Translations under genes and position numbers: made by a program | Part shown: piece after piece, positions 25,075 through 32,000 of the stretch | Numbering within the stretch: the stretch's first letter is position 1 | Layout of the letters: each line of letters starts with the position of its first letter | Notes under the pieces: generated by a model | What the model was told of the DNA's origin: nothing | Database searches by the model: none | Seen by the model: only the letters and a program-made list of their open reading frames with translations | From: Nitrososphaera viennensis EN76 | Lineage (GTDB): Archaea; Thermoproteota; Nitrososphaeria; Nitrososphaerales; Nitrososphaeraceae | Direction: 5' to 3' | DNA length: 32,000 nt | NCBI RefSeq assembly: GCF_000698785.1 | Contig: NZ_CP007536.1 | Location: forward strand, 1,560,001-1,592,000

Positions 25075-25106
25075 AAAAAAATAGGAGCCCAGAGGTACCC
25101 GGGCTT
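25075..25106 (-). terminator. hairpin plus T7 tract downstream of the SIMPL gene (T4 on the other strand for the convergent gene)
   Basis: AGCCC(25086-25090)/GGGCT(25101-25105) stem, followed on the minus strand by TTTTTTT (plus-strand A7 at 25075-25081). The plus strand has CTTTTC after the stem. Confidence 0.45.
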
Positions 25107-25107
25107 T

Positions 25108-25908
25108 TCAACTTATTATGTACACCACGGTGACGCTTGCCGAGACCTCCTGCCCGCCTACCACTATGGGCGTCCCAGACGGCCCGAGCTGGGCCTGCGC
25201 GGCATAGAACGGGCCGGGAATGTATCCTGTGTCGCTTGAAACGATGCTCTGCACCCCGGTTATCTCTACCCCGAGTTTTGCGGCTATCGTGTCGGCCTTG
25301 GCCCTTGCGTTGTCTATGGCGCTTTCAATCAGGTCTGACTGGATCTTGGCCAGCTGCTCGTTGGAGAACACGAACTGGACGTTGTCGACCCTGTTTGCGC
25401 CTGCCTGCACAGCGGCGTCGATCCACGAGGACACGTTGCCGGTTTTCGCGCTTGACACGGTAAGCGAGTTGGTCACCGTGTAGCCCTGGAGCGACTGGAC
25501 GTTTCCGCTCTGGGTGTAGTTGTAGATGGGAAAGATGTTGAAATACGCCGTGCTGGTCTCGTTCTTTTGCACGCCTGCTTCTTCCAATGCGGCAAGGACG
25601 CTGTTCATGGCCTCCGAGTTCTTGTCAAGCGCCGCCTCGGCCGTGGTGTCCCTCGTCTCGACTGCAAACGTGACGATGGCCCGGTCTGGTACTGCCTTTG
25701 TTGAAGCCGTGCCAGAGACCATGATCACGTGCTCGAGGTCCTGCTGCGGCTGCGGTGGTGGCGGTGGGGGCGGTGGGGGGGGAATGGATTGGGCAAACGC
25801 ATTGCCGTAAAGGGTGTGGCCTGTTGCAGGTACAGCGGCTATTATTGCTGCCAGCCCAATAATAGCAAGCATGCCGTTTTTGCCTAAAGGTGTAAACATG
25901 TACAGCAT
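25108..25908 (-). CDS. SIMPL/DUF541-family exported protein with a poly-proline linker
   Basis: From MLYMF: a signal-anchor segment, then an 11-proline run followed by QPQQ, then I.V.G.......PD.A......E.....A..A......N...M..V..AL...GV, typical of SIMPL (26-kDa periplasmic immunogenic protein) domains. Confidence 0.6.
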   Translation of the reverse strand: MLYMFTPLGKNGMLAIIGLAAIIAAVPATGHTLYGNAFAQSIPPPPPPPPPPQPQQDLEHVIMVSGTASTKAVPDRAIVTFAVETRDTTAEAALDKNSEAMNSVLAALEEAGVQKNETSTAYFNIFPIYNYTQSGNVQSLQGYTVTNSLTVSSAKTGNVSSWIDAAVQAGANRVDNVQFVFSNEQLAKIQSDLIESAIDNARAKADTIAAKLGVEITGVQSIVSSDTGYIPGPFYAAQAQLGPSGTPIVVGGQEVSASVTVVYIIS

Positions 25909-25957
25909 AGGCAGAGATTCGTGATAAGCATTTTGAAAAAAAATTCTAGAGGTCTTG

Positions 25958-26551
25958 TCACTTGATCTCGTACAGCGCGACTGACAGCTTGAATGCGAGG
26001 CGCTCGTCGGTCGCCTGCGCAAGCGGCACGGCGTGCCTCTGCGCCTCTTCCTTGAAGCGCAAGGCGCTGTCGCGGTATGCGTGGTTCTTCATCGACCTTG
26101 CGGTGTCAAGCCTGTCGGCAAGCTTGACGCAGCGCGCCTCTTTTGAACTCTTGGCAAGCTTTGCGAAATATTCGTCCAGGATTTTGTCGCGCTCTTCTTT
26201 TTCTCCCTGCTGCTTTGGCCGGGGCTCTGCCGCGGCGCGCACCATCTCTGCAACCCTGTCGCCGCATTCTTCGCGCACCTCCTGCTCCTGCACGCCTTCA
26301 AGCGCGTCGTGCAAGAGCGCGGCGGAAGCAATGTCAGCGTCGTGCATCTGCAATTCCTCTGCAAGTATGAGCGCAGTCCGGAGCGAGTGGTTCACGTGCG
26401 GCTCCTTGCCGTCTATGACGTGGCCCTTGTGGGCCTTGGTCGCAAGGGCAAAGGCCCTCGTCAGCTTGACCACATCGTCAGTGTTATCCTCAAAATGCTT
26501 CAAAAGGCGCGCAAAGCCGGCCTTGGTGAAATCATTGAAACTTTGTTCCAC
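25958..26551 (-). CDS. HD-domain protein of the RelA/SpoT (p)ppGpp-hydrolase (HD_4, Mesh1-like) type
   Basis: AxKAHKGHxxxGKEPHVNHSLRTALILAE, AALLHDALE and VKLADRLDTARSM parallel the SpoT hydrolase blocks (AH.GQ.R..G.PY..HP..VA, AALLHD, KLADRLHNMRT). GTG start. Confidence 0.65.
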   Translation of the reverse strand: MEQSFNDFTKAGFARLLKHFEDNTDDVVKLTRAFALATKAHKGHVIDGKEPHVNHSLRTALILAEELQMHDADIASAALLHDALEGVQEQEVREECGDRVAEMVRAAAEPRPKQQGEKEERDKILDEYFAKLAKSSKEARCVKLADRLDTARSMKNHAYRDSALRFKEEAQRHAVPLAQATDERLAFKLSVALYEIK

Positions 26552-26572
26552 GCCTGTAAAGAGTGTACTGAC

Positions 26573-26584
26573 CCTTTATAATGT
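26573..26584 (-). promoter_or_regulatory. TATA-like box (minus strand CATTATAAAGGG) about 27 nt upstream of the HD-gene start
   Basis: Read directly. The spacing fits a leaderless archaeal transcript. Confidence 0.35.
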
Positions 26585-26598
26585 GATTCGGCAGAGCC

Positions 26599-27288
26599 TC
26601 ACATGCTGCACCAGGGCCGGGTCTCGTTGTTTTGGGCAAAGAAGGGTCTCCAGGTTGCCGGGTTGCCTTCGTCGGCGTCTTGTCCGTGGACCTTGCAGGT
26701 CGCCAGGTGGGCCCATTCGTGGTTTATCACTTCTGAATCATAGTCTGCAATCGCGTACCCCTTGTCGATCCACGCCTTGCCCAGGAGGAGGCTGTAGTCA
26801 TAGGTGGAGGGAATGCCTGAATACGTCCTCAGCCAGAGGTTCCACTCCCACTGGTCCGAGACAAGCGGGCTTGGCGCATTCTTGTCGTTCGTGTTGTTGT
26901 CGTTGTCATCATACGCGATCTCTGGCGAAAGATCATAGACAAAGATCAGCATGTCATATGGATAAGCCGCCCTCAACTTTTCCACAGTACTATCCAAGGT
27001 CAGCAGGCTGACGTGCGGGAAACAGACCACGTTAAGGGACGAGTTGTTGGTGTAGGAAGTGTATCCGTACTTGTTTATCATTATGCCCTGCTGGAGCTCC
27101 CATGCGCTTTTGTATGTGCACGACGGCTTGGTGATGAACACCCGCGTGTGGATGTCCTGCTTCTCCTCTTCCTCTTCTTCTGCAAAAGCGTCACTACCAC
27201 TACCATTATTATTGCCTAGCCACGCAGGAGCCAAAATCCCGATCAACAGCATCGACATAACCACTGTACCTGTTTTGCGGAACATCAT
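26599..27288 (-). CDS. exported protein with an HExxH motif (putative zinc metallopeptidase)
   Basis: From MMFRKTG, with a signal-like segment VVMSMLLIGILAPAWL and VINHEWAHL near the C-terminus. The family was not recognised beyond the motif. Confidence 0.45.
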   Translation of the reverse strand: MMFRKTGTVVMSMLLIGILAPAWLGNNNGSGSDAFAEEEEEEKQDIHTRVFITKPSCTYKSAWELQQGIMINKYGYTSYTNNSSLNVVCFPHVSLLTLDSTVEKLRAAYPYDMLIFVYDLSPEIAYDDNDNNTNDKNAPSPLVSDQWEWNLWLRTYSGIPSTYDYSLLLGKAWIDKGYAIADYDSEVINHEWAHLATCKVHGQDADEGNPATWRPFFAQNNETRPWCSM

Positions 27289-27499
27289 ATGCCTTCCAAG
27301 CAGGGAAAAGGCGGAATTATCCGGGTGTATGTTCCGTTGAACGAGCAGACTACAAATGCAAAAAAAATGATTCAATCAGGCGCTGCTACAGATAGGTGCC
27401 CTTTGTGGCCGGGATGCGGGCGATTGCAGATTTACACACATGCAAGCGGCAGAGGCCCAGTACGACCTGTAAAAGACATAATAATGCTAAAATACACAC

Positions 27500-28156
27500 T
27501 TGCTGCGGGTCTTGGCCGACAGCAAGGGCTACTATGCCATCCTTGGAGTGTCAGAGAGGGCAAGCCAGCTTGAGATCAAAAAGGCATACAGGCGCCTTGC
27601 GAGGAAATACCATCCTGACAGGAACGGCGCAGTCCACGCCGAGGACATGATCAAAAAGATAAACGCCGCGTACGAGGTTTTGTCAGACATCCACAAGCGC
27701 GAGCAATATGACAGGTCCAGCTTTGGCGACGTATCAGGGCAGGAGCAAGAGGCGCACGTCCATGAGGAGCCCCGGCACGCAGGAGGAGGAGGACAAGCTG
27801 AGGAGCATGCAGGTGGCGATGCTGCTGCCGAGTACGCAGAGCAGCAGCCAAGGGCGAAAAAGGCTGAAGCAAAAAAAGACACCGCCGACCATTACTACGG
27901 GCCTACGCACATCGAGACGCCAAAGAGCAGGTTCCACATCATTGTCGAGCCGTCGCTGTGCATGGCGTTTGGCAGCTGCGAGACGCTTGCGCCAAAGGTG
28001 TTCGTCGTGGAAAAGAACAAGCGCGTCAACCCAAAGGCAAGGGTCGAGTCGGAAACTGGCGCCGATTACGAAACAATCCACGCGGCGGCGCAGACGTGCC
28101 CCACCAAGGCCATCAGGATAATAGACCGCTACACCGGCGAGCAGCTCTTCCCGTGA
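27500..28156 (+). CDS. J-domain protein fused to a C-terminal single-cluster ferredoxin domain
   Basis: [32 protein letters not shown] (J domain with HPD). An acidic/Gly-rich linker follows. Then [24 protein letters not shown]....[11 protein letters not shown], the pattern of small [3Fe-4S]/[4Fe-4S] ferredoxins. Confidence 0.75.
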   Translation: MLRVLADSKGYYAILGVSERASQLEIKKAYRRLARKYHPDRNGAVHAEDMIKKINAAYEVLSDIHKREQYDRSSFGDVSGQEQEAHVHEEPRHAGGGGQAEEHAGGDAAAEYAEQQPRAKKAEAKKDTADHYYGPTHIETPKSRFHIIVEPSLCMAFGSCETLAPKVFVVEKNKRVNPKARVESETGADYETIHAAAQTCPTKAIRIIDRYTGEQLFP

Positions 28157-28157
28157 A

Positions 28158-29317
28158 CTACCCACGAATAAATCCGGGGGCTTCCTGCTTCAGTGACCGC
28201 TGTGCGATCTCCACAGGCGTGACTTCCCGGCGCTCCACCGGTAGTAGGCGTAACATCTGAAGTCCATTCTGCAGATGGTTTATGGCAGAATTGTAGAGTC
28301 TCTATCAAGTACAGCTCCGCATTTTGGACAGGAATGAGTGCGCACTGCAAGCGACTTTGGGACGGGGTGGCTGCAGCGGGAGCAGTCAATTGAGGAGTAC
28401 GCAGGCTCCACTTCAACTATTCTGTTGGCTTTGTACTGACACATTGTATTGAATGTTGACCAGCTTGCATCCAATATCTTGCGCGCAAGCTTGTGGTTCC
28501 TCATCAGGTTTGCCACCCTCAAGCGTTCAAGGAATATCAGGTCATATCGGCTGCAGTAGTATGTCGATGTCTTGTGGAGAAAGTCCCTGCGCCTGTTGTT
28601 TATCTTCTCATACAGCCTTGCAAGCATGTGCTTTGCCTTACTGTGGTTGCTGCCGCCTCGCTGCCTTCTTGACACTCTGCGATGAGCCCTCTTGACTGGT
28701 TTGAGCATCTTTGTCAGAAACCGGGGGTTCTCGATTACGTGGTTGTCAGAGTCATGAGCAAACTTGGTAATGCCAACGTCTATTCCCACCGGTTTTTTGT
28801 AAATTATGTTCGAGCACGATCTGTGCAATATTTCGCATGCTGCAACTGCGTACCATTTTCCATTCTTTCTACAGACTGTTACTTGCTTGACATTAACAAT
28901 CTGACGATGGAGCACAATCTTGATGCATCCAATCTTGGATAATATCAGTACTCCTCTACTGTCAAATCGAAATCCTGTCTGGTTGTACGTGAAAGCATTG
29001 TAGTCATCGTCTCTTCTGTACTTCAACTTGCCCCTAGCTGTCCTTCTTGCTGCTGCCACCTGCTTTCCCACCATCTGCAGCATTTTAGAATGGTAATTTC
29101 GAAGCCAAGGATGCTGCTCCTTCAGCTCTGTCAGGGCATAGTTCATATCATACTCTGACATGGATGGGACGGACAGAAAGTAGTTGTACACCCACCTGCA
29201 GCCATCAAGTGTCTGATCAAGTACAAGCTCCTGCTCTTTTGTGGGATGGAGGCGGTACTTGTAGTTGAGCACGGCATTATGTTTACTAGGTTTGTTATTA
29301 TTTAAAAGCAGGTGCAC
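28158..29317 (-). pseudogene. tnpB: IS200/IS605-family TnpB (RNA-guided RuvC nuclease), frameshifted just after the third catalytic motif
   Basis: YKYRLHPTKEQ N-terminus, then GIDVGI (RuvC-I D), FLERL (RuvC-II E) and the zinc ribbon CSRC..CPKC followed by DRD (RuvC-III). The track ORF stops at 28280 (DRDSTILP*). The -1 frame continues LYNSAINHLQNGL..REVTPVE..SLKQEAPGFIRG* to 28158, which is the normal family C-terminus. Confidence 0.8.
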
Positions 29318-29400
29318 TATGGGGAGAGGGGAGTCTGTTACACGACAGAAACCAGATTCATCATTCTACCCGTAAACGGTGTGGGTTTTTTCTGGTTTCC
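28158..29400 (-). mobile_element. tnpB-only IS200/IS605-type (IS1341-like) element; ends not resolved
   Basis: tnpB without tnpA. There is a 9-bp inverted repeat at 29348-29356/29391-29399 upstream of tnpB. The 3' side abuts the stop of the convergent J-domain gene. The boundaries given are approximate. Confidence 0.5.
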
Positions 29401-29415
29401 GTACCCTTCATTCTG

Positions 29416-29427
29416 ATAACTTAAATT
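29416..29427 (+). promoter_or_regulatory. TATA-like box ATAACTTAAATT about 30 nt upstream of the cbiL ATG
   Basis: Read directly. The spacing fits a near-leaderless transcript starting near 29449. Confidence 0.35.
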
Positions 29428-29451
29428 GCAGAACGAGACTGCGTGTACCCC

Positions 29452-30192
29452 ATGAAGCTTTACTGCGTCGGTTGCGGCCCCGGAGACCCGGAGCTCCTGA
29501 CTGTCAGGGCCGTGAACCTGATCAGGGGCGCCGAGGTGATATTTGCGCCGACGGCAAGGGAGGGCAAGCCCAGCATCGCGCTTTCGGTGGTCGAGCAGTA
29601 CGTCGACAAGGCCGCCAAGGCAGTCAGCCTGGTTTTCCCGATGGTAAAGGACAGGGAGTCGCTCAAGGATTACTGGAGGCGAAACGCCGACGAGATAGCT
29701 TCCGCGGTCAGGTCAGGGAAAAAAGTCGTTTACCTGACGGTGGGCGACCCTGCGCTCTACAGCACGTGGATATACATACACCGCGAGCTGAAAAAGAGCC
29801 ACCCGGATGTCGAGGTTGAGATAGTGCCCGGCGTGGCGTCGATGTTTGCGATTGCCAACAAGGCCAAGATAAGCCTGGCAGAAGGCGACGAGACCGTGGC
29901 AATCGTTCCGGCGTGCTACGACATGGAACGGGTAAAGAGGACTGCTAACGCGTGCGACACGGTGATTTTCCTAAAGGACGGCAGGTACTTTGACAACGTG
30001 ATTTCCATGCTTGGCGAGGCAGGATTTCCCGACGACGCGAGCATCGCGATAGCGCAGGACGTCGACTCGGAAGGCGAGATCCTTGAAATGACGACGCTTG
30101 CAGACCAGCGCGGCAGGAAAGGCCCGACAGAGAAATATTTCTCGATAATGGTGGCGAAGAAAAAGAGTGCAAGGCAACAACAACAGCAATAG
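29452..30192 (+). CDS. cbiL: precorrin-2/cobalt-factor-2 C20-methyltransferase
   Basis: MKLYCVGCGPGDPELLTVRA...AEVIFAP......SIALSVV, plus the TVGDPALYST block of class III tetrapyrrole methylases in the CbiL/CobI arrangement. ATG at 29452 is preferred to GTG at 29443. Confidence 0.8.
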   Translation: MKLYCVGCGPGDPELLTVRAVNLIRGAEVIFAPTAREGKPSIALSVVEQYVDKAAKAVSLVFPMVKDRESLKDYWRRNADEIASAVRSGKKVVYLTVGDPALYSTWIYIHRELKKSHPDVEVEIVPGVASMFAIANKAKISLAEGDETVAIVPACYDMERVKRTANACDTVIFLKDGRYFDNVISMLGEAGFPDDASIAIAQDVDSEGEILEMTTLADQRGRKGPTEKYFSIMVAKKKSARQQQQQ

Positions 30193-30976
30193 TAAAACAG
30201 TATATTTCGTCGGCTCCGGGCCGGGCGACCCCGAGCTCATCACGCTCAAGGCAAAAAAGCTCGTCGAGCAGGCAGACGTCATCATTTACTCTGGCTCGCT
30301 TTTCAACCCAAAGAACCTGAAGTACGCCCGCAAGGACGCCGTGCTGCACGACGCGGCGCTCATTGACCGTGAGAAGATTTACCAGATCCTTCGCGACAGC
30401 GCCCTTGAGGGCAAGCTTGCAGTCAGGTTCCACGACGGCGACCCGGCGCTTTTCAGCACGATTCGTGAGCAGATAGACAAGCTGGAAGCCGACGGCATCA
30501 CGTGCAAGGTGGTGCCCGGCGTGACTGCAATCCTTGGCGCGGCCGCAGACCTGAAGCTTGAGGTGACGCTGCCAGGCATCACGCAGACTCTGATAATAAC
30601 GAGGGCGGAGCTCCGCACGCCGGTGCCCGAGCGCGAGGCGATATCAGAGCTTGCCAAGCACGGCGCCACGATGGCGTTCTACCTGAGCGTGCACCTGATA
30701 GGCGACGTGGTGAAGGAACTGCTGAAAGGCGGCGTGTACACGGAGCAGACGCCGGCGGCAGTCGTGTACCGCGCTACGTGGGAAGACGAGAAGATAATCA
30801 AGGGCACGCTTGGCGACATCGCCGAAAAGACAAAGAAGGAAAAGATAATCAAGACTGCGCTCATCATAGTCGGCGACGTGATTGCGCCAAAAAAATACGA
30901 GCACTCGAAGGTGTACGACGCCGGCTTTACGCACGGGTACAGAAAGGCAGAGAACAAAAACAGTAACAACAAGTGA
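30167..30976 (+). CDS. cbiF: precorrin-4/cobalt-precorrin-4 C11-methyltransferase
   Basis: VYFVGSGPGDPELITLKAKKLVEQADVIIYSGSL, HDGDPALFST and VVPGVTA are the CbiF/CobM pattern. The GTG start overlaps the cbiL 3' end by 26 nt. Confidence 0.8.
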   Translation: MQGNNNSNSKTVYFVGSGPGDPELITLKAKKLVEQADVIIYSGSLFNPKNLKYARKDAVLHDAALIDREKIYQILRDSALEGKLAVRFHDGDPALFSTIREQIDKLEADGITCKVVPGVTAILGAAADLKLEVTLPGITQTLIITRAELRTPVPEREAISELAKHGATMAFYLSVHLIGDVVKELLKGGVYTEQTPAAVVYRATWEDEKIIKGTLGDIAEKTKKEKIIKTALIIVGDVIAPKKYEHSKVYDAGFTHGYRKAENKNSNNK

Positions 30977-31041
30977 AAGCCATAGACAACATGGGCAGGC
31001 CTTAACTATCCCGGCCCGCCTCATGCAAGCTCCAAGAAGAT

Positions 31042-31314
31042 GTGACCTGCATGGAAATTGAACATTCAAGTTTGGCCGTCATGTCCGCGCTGAAAGACGC
31101 CCTTGACTTTCTGGGCGAGGATTCAAGGCGGGTGGTGCACTACCACATGGCTGAAAGGCACGGCATACGCGCAGGAGACAGGGTGTCGCTTCCGGAGGTA
31201 GAGGCGGCGCTTGCAAGCCTCCTTGGCCCTGCCGCGGGCATCATCACAGTGCTTGTGCGCAAAAAGCTTGTTGGCAGCAGCGGCAGTAATAGTAGTAGTA
31301 GTGCCACGGCATGA
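31042..31314 (+). CDS. hypothetical small protein (90 aa) with a Ser/Asn-rich tail
   Basis: ORF whose TGA overlaps the ATG of the next gene (ATGA at 31311-31314). Confidence 0.4.
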   Translation: MTCMEIEHSSLAVMSALKDALDFLGEDSRRVVHYHMAERHGIRAGDRVSLPEVEAALASLLGPAAGIITVLVRKKLVGSSGSNSSSSATA

Positions 31315-31711
31315 CAGGCCATTTCGATGAGTTTTGCCGGCGTGCGCTTGGCTGCGACGGCGCCATGAGGTCCGCAAGGGTTGCAGACTCGTTTGGCGGG
31401 CTCGTAGGCGGCGCCTACAGGGAAGGCCTTGCGCACATGAAGGACGACGAGGAAGAGCGATATACTCTAGCCAGTCCGTGCTGCGCGCCACCCTGCGCGA
31501 GAATTTCCAGCCGACAAACGGCAGGCTGCGCTATTCCGTGTCGGTATATGAAAAGCTTGTGCGCGCAACGCTTCCGCTTGCGATAGCGGGCGAAAAGTTC
31601 TACCTGCTCCTGTCGCTTGACGCTGAGGCGGACATTTCGGTCATAATAAGGGAAAAGGTGATCCCGATGGTGGAGGAGAAAAGCGCCGCTGCCCTGCAGT
31701 CAGAGATATAA
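31311..31711 (+). pseudogene. hypothetical ~133-aa protein, apparently split by a -1 frameshift near 31440-31470
   Basis: Frame a gives MTGHFDEFCRRALGCDGAMRSARVADSFGGLVGGAYREGLAHMKDDEEE, then degenerates into Cys/Arg/Pro-rich text. Frame b picks up AIYSSQSVLRATLRENFQPTNGRLRYSVSVYEKLVRATLPL..FYLLLSLD... and runs to the TAA at 31711. Confidence 0.45.
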
Positions 31712-31751
31712 TCATAATAAGTAAAGAGATGAAAAAGTAAAAAGTAGGGGT

Positions 31752-31961
31752 TTAGGCCCTTTTTGCCCACGCCGTGACGGTTATGGTGCTTATCGCCGCG
31801 CCTGCTCCACCGCAGATCATGGCAAGGATGATGCTCTGGTCCAGCATGGGCCACATTTCCTTGAGGTACTGCCCCACCGCAGGAGTTGCGAGGTAGGCCA
31901 TGAAGCCTATCGCAAAGCCGATGGCCGCAAATATCCCTATTATGCCTGCTCTTGATGCCAT
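31752..31961 (-). CDS. hypothetical small membrane protein (69 aa, 2 TM)
   Basis: Two hydrophobic segments: IIGIFAAIGFAIGFMAYL and SIILAMICGGAGAAISTITV. Confidence 0.4.
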   Translation of the reverse strand: MASRAGIIGIFAAIGFAIGFMAYLATPAVGQYLKEMWPMLDQSIILAMICGGAGAAISTITVTAWAKRA

Positions 31962-32000
31962 CTCATGCTCACCTACTACTGTTGCTGGTGTCCCTCCGCA

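Noticed and set aside
28129-28416. The 95-aa track ORF whose tail reads ...TEAGSPRIYSWV, resembling the EAGSPxL ending seen in some archaeal TnpB proteins.
   Set aside because: It is a third frame over the tnpB 3' end. The frame giving YNSAINHL...TPVE...KQEAPGF follows directly from DRD with a single-base correction and matches the family far better.
1-32000. CRISPR arrays, rRNA genes, integrases, reverse transcriptases and recognisable multi-gene defence systems.
   Set aside because: I saw no regularly spaced direct repeats, no rRNA-like conserved stretches and no integrase, RT or cas-like motifs in any ORF. The absence is based on visual inspection only.

Overview
This looks like a GC-rich archaeal chromosomal segment: about 60% GC in the genes I counted, TATA-like boxes about 25-30 nt upstream of several starts, and many 4-nt start/stop overlaps. 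The gene content fits an ammonia-oxidising thaumarchaeon of the Nitrososphaera type. That is inferred from aTrm56, a GINS subunit, PolX-PHP, a parvulin PPIase, a membrane-anchored cupredoxin protein, CbiL/CbiF and glnA; no database search was possible.

Most of the window is ordinary housekeeping or metabolic coding sequence, about 40 genes. I found no rRNA, no convincing tRNA and no CRISPR array.

Signals not explained by a plain gene list:
- A box C/D-type k-turn hairpin with textbook geometry at 11811-11849 (minus strand). It lies in a roughly 1 kb low-GC, ORF-poor islet (10884-11929), which also holds a thioredoxin-fold gene interrupted by an in-frame TAG and two long hairpins.
- A second in-frame TAG, at the conserved Trp position of a tandem SRPBCC protein.
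- Three apparent frameshifts: TfoX-N at a (TG)5 tract, tnpB just after its DRD motif, and a small-operon gene at 31440-31470.
- An orphan HEPN-like protein with an Rx4H motif, at the head of a tightly packed seven-gene minus-strand string.
- A tnpB-only IS200/IS605-type element wedged between a J-domain-ferredoxin fusion gene and the cbiL promoter.

I could not identify a clear new multi-gene system. The k-turn/islet region and the HEPN-headed gene string are the best leads. All functional calls rest on motifs read by eye and need a homology search.
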